Source of the DNA: Mobula hypostoma
Taxonomy: Eukaryota
NCBI RefSeq assembly: GCF_963921235.1
Contig: NC_086109.1
Span: 22,446,001-22,510,000, forward strand
DNA: 64,000 bases
Reading direction: 5' to 3'
Shown: piece after piece, positions 51,290 through 64,000 of the stretch
How the letters are laid out: each line of letters starts with the position of its first letter
How positions within the stretch are numbered: the first letter of the stretch is position 1
Translations under genes and position numbers: made by a program
Notes under the pieces: generated by a model
Told to the model about the DNA's origin: nothing
The model's database searches: none
What the model saw: the letters and a program-made list of their open reading frames with translations, nothing else

Positions 51290-52760
51290 TAGTCTGAAAG
51301 AGGTAACTGAAGAGATTGTGGAGGCATTAATAAAATGATCTTTCAAGAATCACTGGATTCTGGAATAGTTCCGGAGGACTTGAAAATTGCAAATGTCACT
51401 TTACTCTTTAAGAAGGGAGGGAGGCAGAAGAAAGGAAATTATAGGCCATTTAGCCTGACTTCAATTGTTGGAAATATGTTAGCGCCCATTATAAAGGATG
51501 AGGCTTTGGGATACTTGGAGGCACATGACAAAATAGGCCAAAGTCAGATTCTTGCCTGACAAATCTGTTGGAATTCTTTCAGGAAATAACAGGGATATTG
51601 TTTACTTGGATTTTCAGAAGGCCCTTGATAGAGTGCTGCATATGAGGCTGCTTAACAAGATATGAGCTCATGGTATTACAGGAAAGATACTAGCATGGGT
51701 AGAAGATTGGCTGACTGGCAGGAGGCAAAGAGTGGGAATAAAGGGAGCTTTTTCTGGTTGGCTGCCAAGGACTAGTGGTATTCCACAGGGGTCTGTATTG
51801 GTTCATCATCTTTTCTCATTATATGTCAACAATTTGGATGATGGAATTGATGGTTTTGTGCCAGGTTTGTGGATGATATGAAGACAGGTGGAGGGGCAGG
51901 TAGTGCTGAGGAAGCAGGGAATCTTCAGAAGGACTTAAGCAGATTGGGAGAATAAGCAAAGAAGTGGCAGATGGAATGCAGAGTAGGAAAGTGTATGGTC
52001 ATGCACTTTGGTAGAGGGAATAAAGGTATAGACTATTTGCGAAATGGGGAGAAAATTTAAAAATCAGAGGGGCAAAGGGACTTGTGAGTCCTTGTGCAGG
52101 ATTCCATAAAGGTTAAATTGTAGATTGAGAGTGATAAGGCAAGCATTCATTCAAGAGGACCAGATTATAGGAACAAGGATGTAATGTTGAGGCTTTATAA
52201 GCTACAGGTTAGACTGCATTTGGAGAACTATGAGCAGTTTTGGGCCCCTTTTCGAAGAAAAGATGTGCTAGCATCGGAGAGGGTCCAAGGGAGGTTCACA
52301 AGAATAATTGTGGGAATTAAAGGAGCATTTGACTGTTCTGGCCCTGTACTTGCAGGAGTTCAGAAGAATGAAGAGGGATCTCATTGAAACCTATTGAATA
52401 TTGAAAGGCCTCGATAGAGCATATGTGGAGAGGACGTTTCTTATAGTGGGTGAGGCTAGGCAGGACCAGAGCACACAGCCTCAGGTTAGAGGGACATTCA
52501 TTTAGAACAAAGATAAGGAGGAATTCTTTAGCCAGAGGGAGGCGATTCTGTGGAATTCATTTCCACAGATGGCTGTGGAGGCCAAGTCATTGAGTATATT
52601 TAAAGCGGAAGTTGATAGGCTCTTGATTTGTCAGGGCATCAAAGGTTATGAGCAGAAGGCAGAAGAATGGGGTTGAGAGGGATAAGAAATCAGCCATGAT
52701 GGTACAAGACGATATGAGCAGAAAGGCCATTTGGCTCCTGCATCTTACGGTCTTATGTAA
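51290..52760 (+). mobile_element. 5'-truncated CR1-type LINE
   Basis: IFQESLDSG.VPED.KIANVT.LFKKGGRQKKGNYRP.SLTS through to the 3' UTR. Confidence 0.9.
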
Positions 52761-53379
52761 TGTATTATGATGTTGGAAGCACACTGTGCACTTAAAGCAA
52801 TTTAAAGGGAAGCAATTAAACTTATGAAGAAAGTGCCTGGTGACTGTAAACTGCCCTTTGTAATCTCTAGCAAACCACTCAATTGTATTACAACCTCTAC
52901 ATGTCATGACAACAGTTTCCCCTTACCAACTGGAACTGTTCAAGCAGCAACCCACTAGTTTGTTGTCAAGGATAATTAGACATGGACAATGAATGCTAAC
53001 CTTATTAGTGATGCTTAGATTCTGTGAATGAATAAAGAAATCTCTAGTGCACTCTCATTTTTTTCCTTCAGTCATTAAATTAAATCTTTTCCAACTTAAT
53101 TCAATCAGGAGCGAGTCTCCATAATAATATCTTAGGAAAAGGTACCTTTAAATATATAAGCAATGCTTCACATCATTGAAGGAGACTTAAATTTAGTTCC
53201 TCTAGTCAGTGCCATCTGAGATCCAGCTACAGCCTTTCAATCCAATCAATTTGTAGTTTCTATTTCTACACAAGTCCCTTGAAAATGATTCCAGAGCAAG
53301 GCAAAATGAATGAAGTTCTCTGGAATCCTGCAAGGATATGATGGGCCTATAGAAAATTTGAAAGTGGAACCTGACTTAC

Positions 53380-53488
53380 AGGGTATAATGTCCTTGTAGC
53401 GATTCTTCTTCATGTTCTCTTGCTTCTCTGCATGACCCGAGGGGAAGACTTTGTCATGCTTGCTTTTCACCGACTGCCTTTTCAGTTT
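53380..53488 (-). CDS. PTPN22: Exon 2 (109 nt): [36 protein letters not shown] + 1 nt
   Basis: AG acceptor 53490-53489, GTAAGT donor from 53379; KNRY phosphotyrosine-recognition loop. Confidence 0.95.
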
Positions 53489-54069
53489 CTGTGAGAGGTA
53501 AGGGAAGAACGAAATCAGATTAATAGCATAAATATGTAACGACAAGTCTTCCTGATGGCAATGGTAATCTTAAATTCTAGCCTGGCTATCTTGCTAATTA
53601 GAACGTAGAACAGTACAGGCCTTTCGGCCTACAATATTGGTTTGATCCTTTAGCCCTCCTCCAAGATCAGCTTAATGCTTTCCTCCCACATAGCCCTCCA
53701 CTTGTCATTCATCCATGTGCCTATAAGACCATAGACTATAAGACATAGGAGCAGAATTCGGCTATTCAGCCCATTGAGTCTGCTCTGCCATTTCATCACG
53801 GCCATTTTACAATCCCTCTCAACCCCATTCACCTGCCTTCATCCAGTAACTTTTGACGCCCTTACTAGTCAACATGTCCCAAAGGTATCTGCCTATACCA
53901 CCACCGCTGGCAGTATGTTCCATGTTCTTATCACTCTTTGTGTAAAAGCCTAAATAACTTTCCCTCTCGCAGGATTTCCCCATTCGAACATCCAACATAG
54001 CATCTGAGAAATTATTGATCTTTACAGGCAGAATCTTAAAATTAGAATCATAGAATTTGACTACTGTAT

Positions 54070-55490
54070 CTATATTGGTCGATCAGTGGTGGAGAGGGTT
54101 AGCAACCTCACATTTATGGGCAGTAATGCATTGGTTGACCTGCCTTGAGTCCAGCAGATACTGTAGATGTAATTGCAGGGAAGGCACGCCAGTGCCTTTA
54201 CTTTCTTAGTAGATTAAGGAGGTTCAGCAAATATACTCCTGCTTCTTCTATGGATATACAATTGAGAGTATCCTGATTGGATTTGTAATGGTCTGGTAGT
54301 GCAATTTGACTGCACAGGAATGTGAAAAACTGAGGGTAGTGGACTCAGCCCCATACATTGCTGCCTCATCGCTCACCACCATCAGTAGTGTCTACATGAG
54401 GCACTGCCTCGAGAAGGCATCGTCCATCATCAAAGACACCCCCCACCATTCAAGCAATGCCATCTTCTGGCAGCTACCATCACAACAAAGGTACAGAAAC
54501 CTAAGAGTCCCACACCACCTGATTCAAGAACAGCTTCTTCCCTTCAGCAATTAAGTTCATGAATCAACCGCACAACCCCATTCGCTACCTCAGTATAATT
54601 AAACTATGACCTCTTTGATCTACAATGAACTTTATTTCTCGTAGTTCCAATTATTCTTTCTCATAAGTTGTATGTAATTAAGTGTATTACGTTTTCTTGT
54701 GAATGCTGCTTATCTGATGCTATGCGCCTGAGATGCTTCTGCAAGTAAGCTTTTCTCTGCACCTGTGGATTCATGTAACTGTGTATGTGACTCTGACATT
54801 GATTTTGACAGCATAGATAATTGCCATTCAGAATATCTAGTTGGGGTGATTTTTTTCTCTGTATTAATCAGCAATTCTGATCCACTCTCCTCCTGTCACC
54901 CTCACCTCAACCTTAACTGAATTTTACAGGAGCAACATTGAGAGCACCTTGACAGTTGCATCCATCTGTTATGGGAGCAGCCAAGCATCGGACTGGAAGT
55001 CCCGACAAATGGCTGTGAGAATGGCTGAGAGGATCATAGGGGTCTCCTTACCATCCACTGAGGAGATTTATCAGGAGTGCTGTGTATGCAGGACCCTTAG
55101 TATTATCAAGGATCCCACCCATCCATCCAGCACCCTCTTTGCCTTTCTACCATCAGGCAGGAGACTCCGATGCACAAAAACAAGAACGGTCAGGATAAGA
55201 AACAGTTTCTTCCTGTGGGCTATTAGGCTTCTGAACTTCCTGCTGCATTGTATTCAAAGCGTCACTGGTTACTCTGTTCTGTATCTGACAGTATTTAATT
55301 TTTTTCTGACAGCATTTTTCTTTGTTTATTTATGCATAATTCAGCTGTGGATTTTATCGTTACTTTTCTAAGTTACTGTGTGTTATATGTGTGCTATGTG
55401 GACTACTGTGCTTTACAGCCTGGTTTGGAGAAACATTGTCTCATTTAACTATATACTTGTATATAGTTAAATGGCAATAAACTTGGCTTA
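54070..55490 (+). mobile_element. Two Rex1/Babar-like LINE 3' fragments (about 54070-54810 and 54900-55490)
   Basis: KASSIIKD.PHH and IIKDPTHP...LF..LPSGRR...RNSFF..AIRLLN peptides. Confidence 0.75.
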
Positions 55491-55942
55491 ACTCTACTTT
55501 GAGCATCCAACTTTGTTGTACAGTACTGAAGTAGACCCTTGGGCCAACCATGTCCATGTAAACCATTTTGTCCACCTACACTAATCCCACGTTCTTTCTG
55601 TGTCTCACCTGTTTAAGTGTCTGTCCAAATGCCTCTTAAATGTAATGATTGTATCTGACCCCACTACTTCCTTTGGCAGAGTGTTCCAGATGTCAGACAT
55701 TCTCTATGTAAAATAACTTTCCCTTCAGATCCTTTTAAAACCCCTTCCTCCCTCCTGAAACTAATGCACCTTTATTTTTGATATCCTTGCCTTCAGATCT
55801 ACCTTTGATTCTATCTACCTTATCTAAGCCTTTTATAATTTTGCATACTATTATCAGGTCAGTCTTCAATCTCATTTTCTGCAGGGGAAATGTACCCAGC
55901 CTATTCAATCTCTCTGTATAACCAAGATCCTCCAACCAGGTG

Positions 55943-56100
55943 AATCACAAACATGACAAAGTCTGCAGATGCTGAAAATCCAAAGTAACACACACACAAT
56001 GCAGGAGGAAGTCAACAAGTCGGGCAGCACCTATGGAAATGAATAAACAGTCAACGTTTCAGGCCAAAACCCTTCTTCAGAACTGAAAAGGAAGGGGAAA
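55943..56100 (-). mobile_element. Penelope-derived pseudo-LTR fragment carrying an intact hammerhead core
   Basis: Homologous to 9876-10010; sits inside a decayed CR1 3' fragment. Confidence 0.8.
56048..56085 (-). ncRNA. Minimal type I hammerhead ribozyme motif, core intact
   Basis: Minus strand reads CAGUU-CUGAAGA-AGGGUUUUGGCCU-GAAA-CG-UU-GACUG; 5-bp stem I with one G-U pair; GUU triplet. Confidence 0.7.
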
Positions 56101-56249
56101 GGGTCTCTTTTGCACCCTCTCTAGTGTTAGCACACTCTTCCCAAAGTGCTTCAACCAAAACTGCAGCCTAACCAGTGCCTTGTAAAGCTGGACACGACAT
56201 CCTAACTCCAAAGCTCAACCTATAAAGGAAAGCACGCCAAACATTTAAA

Positions 56250-56855
56250 GAAAAAAAAATTCGCTTTATTTGACAGAAGCGCACCAAAACATACAGTAAG
56301 GTGCGTTGTTTGTGCCAATGATCAATACAGTATGTGGATATTCTGGTGGCAGCCCACAAGTGTTGCCGCGTTTCTGGCACCAACATAGTGTGCCCACTGG
56401 CACCACAGTAGTGTAGCGGTTAGTGCGATGTGACTACAGCTCGGGGCATCAGAGTTCAGCGTTCATTTCCAATGCCGTCTGTAAAGTTTGTACGTCCTGT
56501 CTGTGAATGTATGGGTTTCCTCCAGGTGCTCTGGTTTCCTCTCACAGTCCAAAGACATACAGGTTAGTAGGTTAATTGGTCAGTGTAAATTGCCCTCTGA
56601 TTAGGCTAGGGTTAACTAGGTAGGTTGTTGGGTGGTGTGGCTCATTGAGCTGAAATAGCCTGTTCTGTGCTGTTCTGTATCTGTAAATAGAATGAAAACT
56701 TACTAACCCTAACCCGTACACCTTTGAAATGTAGGAGGAAACCGAGCACTTGGAGGAAACCCACATGGTTGAGGAGAACATACAAACTCCTTACAGATGA
56801 CAGAAGGAATTGAACCTCGATTGTGTTATGCTAACTGCTACACTACTATGCCATC
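56250..56855. mobile_element. Plus-strand SINE (about 56398-56695) nested in a minus-strand SINE
   Basis: Outer element tail at 56250-56397 and head at 56697-56855 match 24985-25320 reversed; the inner copy has the same head and core in the opposite orientation. Confidence 0.75.
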
Positions 56856-58774
56856 ACGATGCTACAGTGGCACCCCTTCATATACCTTCTTCACTGCCCT
56901 ACTTGTGCTGCACTCTCAATTTCTGTTCACAATACATACCCATCAATATCTCATCTCGTTAGTCGCTATTTGTAGTTCATCCTAATTCATGTCTAACTTC
57001 ACCAATGGAGTTCACTTCTCCCACTTGGTACAATGCCTTACTTGTCATCTCTCACAAAACTGATCAACTAGCTAACCAAAATATTTTTCAAATATTTAGA
57101 CTTTGTTTGAACAATGATTTCTACGTTATATCTACCCACTATATTCTAAAGTTGTTCTTTAGTTCCTTACACGATTACCTTTCTCATTCACCAGTGGAAA
57201 CTATTTAGTCATTATCTGTTCCAGCACAAGCCTTTGTAATCTCAAAGACATTTACCAATTCATCCTGAACCATCTTATCACTAATGGAAGTAAAACTTCA
57301 TCTTCTCAAGTCTTTCTTCATATTTGGACATCAGACGTCTCTGGTAACTTTTCAATAAACCTACGTGACCTCTTTTCAATTAATGAATCTTCCCAAAGTG
57401 GTAACTTAATATACCAGTCCTCCTCAAAAAGTAAAATAATTCTAACTGAACTATAGACTCTGGTTTATGTTCATCTATCACAGTCATTCTTCCTTAAATG
57501 CAAATTGTTATATCCATGGTAACTTCTTCATCTTAGGTTTGAGTTACGTTTATTATCTGTGAAAGATTACCTCAGCTTTTCACTTTATCACTTTTAAATG
57601 CCAGGTAACAAAAGGACAACCCAACTAAAATGAGGACAATTGTAGCAATTGTGACTTCCCCTGCCGATCCACAACCCATCTTGTCCATGAAGCAATAGTT
57701 AATAAATTAATTACATGAATTTGATAGGATAGAAGTAGACCAAGATGGCCCCACAGATCTATTAACTAATCCTCCCCCATTAATCTCATCCAATCAGCAC
57801 AGCCTTCGATATTAAATATGCCCTTTACTCAAAACACTTTCTTTCCCTTCCACCTGTGACATTTGTGTCAATTATTCTTTGTGGTTATAAGTTCCAGGTT
57901 CAAGGCACATTTTGTGTCAAGGAATTTCCCTCAAATTTCTTACCAGATTTAGGAACAACAGAATGCTGGGCCAAGAAACAGAACTAATGATTTGTTTGTT
58001 GTTCTAAATTCCAGCATCTGCAGTCTCTCTCTTGCCTTGTTGGATTTATTAGTCATTATCTGTGATGACAGCCTTGCTTGTTAATTGCTTTAAGCACTAG
58101 ATTAACCCAAATTCTTCTTTTTGCTCCCAGAATATTCATCTAAACCTGATCGGTAGTTTATCTCTATACAGTATGATCCTTCTCCCACCTTACTCACCTA
58201 CAAGTTTAACTTCCCTTTAAATGTACTTGTCATTCCCCACATCTACTTCATGTGGAGGCAAGTTCCACATTACTACCGCATCCCCGTTTCTCCTGAACTA
58301 CGCATTAAAGTTATTGGTGAAAACCTTAAATTTATGAACTATGTTTATCATGTGACATTAAACCTTGAATTAAGCCAAGTTTTCATTTTGGTCCAAGAGC
58401 CCATCAACTTCTCCTATTTTAAGGAGAGAAAGCAGGCACCTAATTGGAACTTCTTGCAAGATATCCAGGCTCTCTCCTCCCAGACTATTTATTGAAAGTA
58501 GAAGGGGGTAAATCCTTGGGGCATCTCTGCCAGCCCCTCACTCTCCACAACAACTTTGCTTGCTTCCTTCATTTCTTACAAGCTCTCACTATGTTAATTA
58601 TATTTTAACATGTTAGTTTTGTTTTCATTCATTCACAGGATGACTTGAAAGGCTGGACTTATTACTAATCCCAATTTTTCCTTCAATCAAGGCAGTAACT
58701 CAGTCACACTGATGACCCAACAGTTATGTTCAATAGTACGAACAGATGGATTTTTACAACAATCCAGTTGTCTT

Positions 58775-61178
58775 AGAACATAGAACAGAGAAATTTGCAG
58801 CACATTACAGGCCCTTCAGCCCACAATGTTGTGCTGACCATGTAACCTACACTAGAGACTGCCTAGAATTTCCCTAGTGCACAGCCCTCTATTTTTCTAT
58901 GCTCCATTTACCTATCTAAGAGTCTCTTAAAAGATCCTATTGTATCCATTTCGACCACCGCCACCAGCAGTGCATTCCATGCGCCCACCACTCTCTGTGT
59001 GAAAAACTTACCACTGACATCCCCTCGGTACCTATTTGCAAGCACCTTAAAACTACGCCCCCTTGTGTTAGCCATTTCAGCCCTGGGAAAAAGCCTCTGG
59101 CTATCCACATGATCAATGCACCTCATCATCTTATACTCCTCTATCAGGTCACCTCCTCTGTCGCTCCAAGGAGAAAAAGCCAAGTGCACTCAACCTATTC
59201 CCATAAGGTGCACCCTCCAATCCAGGCAACATCCTTGTAAATCTCCTCTGCACTCTCTCTATAGTATCCACATCCTTCTTGTAGTGAGGTGAACAGAACT
59301 GAACACAGTACTCCAAGTGGGGTCTGACCAAGGTCTTATATAGCTGTAACATTACCTCACGGCTCTTGAACTCAATCCCACGAGTGAGTGCCAACACACC
59401 ATACGCCTTCTTAACAACACTGTCAACCTGCACAGTAGCTTTGAGTGTCCCTATCAACACGGACCCCAAGATCTCTCAGATCCTCCACACTGCCTAAAGT
59501 CTTACCATTTATATGATATTTTTCTGGGTTATCTCTACTTCCTTTCTTGAACAAGGGAACAACATTTGCAACCCTCCAATTCTCTGGTACTCCTCTGTCC
59601 CTATTGATGATGCAAAGATCATTGCAAGAGGCTCAGCAATCTCTTCCTTTGCTTCCCACAGTAGCCTGGGGTATATCTCATCTGGATCCGGTGACTTATC
59701 TAACTTAATGCTTTTGAAAAGCTCCAGCACATCCTCTTTCTTAATCTCTGTATGCTCAAGCGTTTCAGTCTGCTGTAAGTCATCCCCACAATAGCCAAGA
59801 TCTTTTTCCCTGGTGAATACTGAAGCAAAGTATTCTCTGCTACCTTCTCTAACTCCATGCACACGTTTCCACTATCGCATGATTGGTCCTATTCTCACAT
59901 GGCTCATCCTTTTGCTCTTCACATACCTGTAGAATGCCTTGGGGTTTTCCTTAATCCTGTTCACCAAAGCCTTCTCATGGTCCCTTCTGGCTCTCCTAAT
60001 TCCACCCTTAAGCTCCTTCCTATCAACCTTGTAATTTTCTAGAGCTCTAACAGTACCTAGTTTCTTGAACCTTTTGTAAGCTTTTCTTTTCTTCTTAACT
60101 AGATTTTCTACATACTTTGTACACCATGGTTCTTTAACTCTACCATCCTTTCCCAGCCTCAATGGAACATACCTATGCAGAACTCCATGCAAATGTTCCC
60201 AGAACATTTGCCACATTTCTGCCGTGCATTTTCCTGAGAACATCTACTCCCAATTTATGTTCCCAAGTTCCTGCCTAATAGCATCACATTTCCTCCTACC
60301 CCAACTAAATGTTTTCCCAAATTGTCTGCTCCTATCCCTCTCCAGTGCTTTGGTGAAGGAGATAGTGTTGTGGTCCCTACCTCCAAAATGCTCCCCACCG
60401 AGAGATCTACCACCTGACCAGGTTCATTTCCCAATAGCAGATCAAGTACAGACTCTCCTCTAGTTGGCTTATCTACATATTGCATCAGGAAACTTTCCTG
60501 ACCACACCTAACAAACTCCACTTCATCTAAACTCCTTGCACTAAGGAGGTGCCAATTAGTATTAGGAAAGTTAAAATCACCCATCACAACAACCCTATTA
60601 TTATTGCACCGATCCAGAATCTGCCTGCCAATCTGCTCCTCGATATCCCTGTTACTATTGGGGGTGGGGGGGTGGGCAGCTATTAAAAAACACCCAGTAG
60701 AGTTAATGCCCCTTTCCTGTTTGTGACTTCCACCCACACTGACTCAGTCGACAATTCCTCCATGACTTCCTCCTTTTCTGCAGCCTGACACTATCCCTAA
60801 TTAGCAATGCCATACCCCCACTTCATTTGCCTCCCTGTCCGTTCTTTTTGAAACATCTAAAGCCTGGCACACCCAGCAGCCATTCCTGCTCCTGAGACAG
60901 CCAAGTCTCTGAAATGGCCACAACGTCATAGTTCCAGGTATTGATTCACACTCTCGGTTCACCGGCCTTGTTTATGATACTCCTTGCATTAAAATAGACA
61001 CATCTCAAACCATCAGGCTGAGTGCATCTTTGCTCTATCATCTGCCTATCCTTCCTCAAAAACTCCCTACAAGCTGTCTCTACTTGTGCTCCAACCTCCC
61101 CATCCTCTGCATCTTCACTTCAGTTCCCACCCTTCTGCAAATTTAGTTTAAACCCTCCCCAATAGCAATAGCAAACCT
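58775..61178 (-). mobile_element. CR1-type LINE with the RT core deleted
   Basis: VVMGDFNFPN, YVDKPTRG..VLDL.LGNEPGQV, KSPDPDEIYPRLLWEA, then a jump near 59510 to the C-terminal LYKTLVRPHLEYCVQF region. Confidence 0.88.
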
Positions 61179-62227
61179 TTTGAAGTCAAATATTAATTCT
61201 TAGCTTTCTCATTCCAGATTATTTTAATTTACATCTAAATTTCCCAGCTACAATGTTTCTGAACTCCTATCTCTAGATCAATGGTTCAGGCCTCTGAAAA
61301 CTAGTCTGATGAGTTAACACCAAACAACCAACCCCCTTTTAAAAGGAAGCTTTTAGTTATCTGTGAAGTTTATTGGCAGATTTCTTTCATTTTATTTCAT
61401 TTTCACTTCTTAGTATTTTGTATTTTTTGCTGATTTCTCCAAATTTGCCCTGGATTTTCTTTCTGTTGCTACCCCTACGTACCACAATTTATTTTAATCC
61501 TGTCTTCATTTAGTCCTCCCCCCCCCATGTGATCAAAACCTTCAATGCACCTCTCTTTGCTTTCCTAGAATGCATTTATCTGTAACCTTTCTGTCTCCAT
61601 GCTGCTATTGTAAGCTTGTTAATGGAGTTCAATATTTCCCATTCCTTGATTCAGTTTGATATCCATTTTGGGACTGTAGTACTGAGGAAACGTTACCTCT
61701 AGTTATTTACAGACTTGGCATTGCAATATCAGATTGCATGAGATTTACATCACAAAAATAGACTATTCAACTTAATAGTGTTCAGACTCCATGCAAATCC
61801 CTTTTCAGGCTGTGTTATCAAACAAAATGAATTTCATTCTTCCACATAACCATAGATGATGGAGAGATACAGAACTGAAACATGACCGTTAGACCTACTA
61901 TGACCATGGTAACCATCAGGGACCCCTTTTTTTTTACACTAGACCCACCCTGACGTGCAGAACATTCCCATCAAGTTCCCTTCACCTGGTCCCCAAGAGT
62001 TTATCACATTAGGGATGATTCACTGTTAATTAACTTATTAAACCATATCTTTGGATGTGTGTGTTGAGGGGGTGAGTGAAATGAGCACACCCAGGGGAAA
62101 TTCACATGGTCACAAAACAAAATTGTAAACTCCACATAGACAGCGTCCGGGGTCAGGGTGCTGCCTCAGACTCCAGGTGCACCACTCCTTGGAAAAATTT
62201 ATATAGGAGATTGACTCTTGGACTTGT

Positions 62228-62650
62228 CAAAGTAAATGTATTATCAATGTACGTATATGTCACCATATACAATCTTGAGATTAATTTTCTTCCAGGCATG
62301 TACAGGAAAATAGAGAAATGCAACAGAATTTATGAAACACTATAACTAACAAAGACTGACAAACAACCAAGGTACAAAAGAAGGCAAATCATGCAAGTAA
62401 TGAAAAAGTAAATAAATGATACTGAGAACAGGAATTGTAGAGTCATTGAAAATGAGTCCATAGGTTGTGGAATCAGTTCAGCATTGAGGCGAGGGAAGTT
62501 ATCCACACTGATTCAGGAACCTGATGTTCCTGAACCTACCGATGTGGGACCCAAGGCTCCTGTACCTCCTTCCTGATAAAAGTAGTGAGAAAAGAGCATG
62601 GCGTGATGATGGGGGTTCTTGATGATGGATGCTGCTTTTTTGTGGCATTG
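62228..62650 (-). mobile_element. Rex1/Babar-like LINE 3' tail
   Basis: Similar to 4037-4440 and 19040-19510. Confidence 0.7.
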
Positions 62651-63747
62651 CAAGAAAGCAGGATATATTCTCCATGGCATGAAACTTCTGGCCTTCCTCT
62701 TTCAGGCTTCAGTGACAAGCTGCTTCTCTCTGGCTCCAGGTCATAACTGAGACCTCGTGCAACCACTGCTAAAGCTCTCAGATGAAAGCCAAACCAGTGC
62801 TTACCCAGAGTTACCATGACGTCTAGGATCATAAAGTAACATATTAGGGAACCAGGCCATTCAGCCCAATTCATCCATGCTGACCACAAGAACTATATAG
62901 TCCCATTTGCTGGTGTTTAGCCCATGTCCCTCTACTGGAGTTCTATAGAAGTCTTCTTACCCGCAGAACATCAAGTTAATCTGTTTCAACTGATTCCCCA
63001 GGAAAATTGTAAGTAATCAATAATCCAATTAGATAGCACAAGAGTAAACCTTATCCCTGGAGCCTGAGCAAGTTTCCTCTCTGCAGACCAATCCAGGCAT
63101 AGATTACATATCTATGATTCCACTTCCCTGGGGAGCTGGCGAAGGGAGACTGTCCCACAACACGTACCCACAAATGTGGCTGATCAAAACAAAAGATCAC
63201 ATTTAAAAAATGTGCTGTCCTAGTCACTTCAATAGTTAAAAAAATCTAATTAATAATTTTTTGGCTTTCTCAGCTCCATTGGGAACAATTCCAGTAACAT
63301 GTCCCTTCCCCAGCATCAACCCGTGACTTTAAAATTTCTGCTTTCAATGTCCTTTCTATCTTTTGACAGCCATGTAAGGTTGGTGATCAAGCTTAACTTC
63401 GTCAATACATTTGACTAGTGTATCACAAATTGCACCACTCACCACAACTCCGAACTGACTCCACAACCTATTGACACACTTTCTAGAACTCTACAGCTCA
63501 TGTTCTCACTATTATTTATTATTTCTGCTCAGTTTGTTTTTGCACCTTGGCTGTTTGTCAGTCTTTGTGTGTAACTTTTCATTGCTATGTTTCTGTTCTA
63601 CTGTGAATGCCTGCAAGAAAATGAATCTCAAGTTAGTATATGGTGGTCTGTATGTACATTGATCATAATATTACTTTGAATTTTGAACTAGTTTTATGTT
63701 GTCAGCTTTTCTCACAGGATGTTGTGATATTATTTGAGTAATTATAT

Positions 63748-63900
63748 AACCATATAACAATTACAGCACGGAAACAGGCCATCTCGGCCCTTCTAGTCCG
63801 TGCCAAACTCTTACTCTCACCTAGTCCCACCGACCTGCACTCAGCCCATAACCCTCCATTCCTTTCCTGTCCATATAGCTGTCCAATTTTACTTTAAACG
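63748..63900 (-). mobile_element. CR1-type 3' UTR fragment
   Basis: accatataacaattacagcacggaaacaggcc tail resembling other CR1 ends in the window. Confidence 0.7.
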
Positions 63901-64000
63901 ACAACAACATGTGAATTATCTCATTAACATGTTTATTTGGTCTCTACCCCATTATCAGATGTGGAAAGCAGAACATCCGTGTCCACCTATTGTGTGACCT

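Larger units (their letters stand above)
7002..53488 (-). other. PTPN22: PTPN22-like (Lyp/PEP) tyrosine phosphatase gene, span of coding exons 2-11
   Basis: Ten GT-AG exons splice in frame to a full PTP domain. [40 protein letters not shown] and IIPENFS match recalled human PTPN22 better than PTPN12 or PTPN18. Confidence 0.9.

Noticed and set aside
53246..53545. 99-aa ORF as a complete gene
   Set aside because: Only 53380-53488 is exonic; the rest is intron read-through.
58193..58250. GTGAGT donor as possible exon 1
   Set aside because: The codon before the donor is TAG, and the context looks like decayed repeat.
62956..63000. GTAAG donor as possible PTPN22 exon 1
   Set aside because: The phase-0 frame has a TAA six codons upstream and no resemblance to the PTPN22 N-terminus.
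1..64000. CRISPR array or prokaryotic defence system
   Set aside because: No regularly spaced repeat-spacer array or operon-like ORF packing; the sequence is vertebrate intronic DNA.

Overview
Eukaryotic, intron-dominated DNA. The repeat content (CR1, Rex1/Babar, L1, tRNA-derived SINEs, Penelope-derived elements) suggests a cartilaginous fish, probably a ray; this is inference. One host gene is present on the minus strand: ten GT-AG coding exons (109, 77, 96, 39, 72, 60, 143, 67, 78 and 93 nt, 53488 down to 7002). They splice in frame into a non-receptor tyrosine phosphatase catalytic domain ([26 protein letters not shown]) that best matches PTPN22 exons 2-11. Exon 1 and the exons after exon 11 could not be located. 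Most of the rest is nested, decayed transposable elements. The most unusual signal is a family of short Penelope-derived, often fold-back insertions carrying a minimal type I hammerhead ribozyme motif (CAGUC-CUGANGA-stem-GAAA-CG-UH-GACUG); two copies with intact cores lie sense to the PTPN22 pre-mRNA. Also notable: a Hero-like element inside a 39-bp direct repeat, a hAT-like element with a 6-bp TSD, an old 1.6-kb fold-back element, an inverted repeat pair around in-frame catalytic exons 7-9, a tandem donor on exon 6, and clusters of lymphoid transcription-factor motifs. No CRISPR array, rRNA, functional tRNA or prokaryotic system was seen. TE boundaries without a TSD or TIR are approximate, and family names come from motif recognition, not database search.
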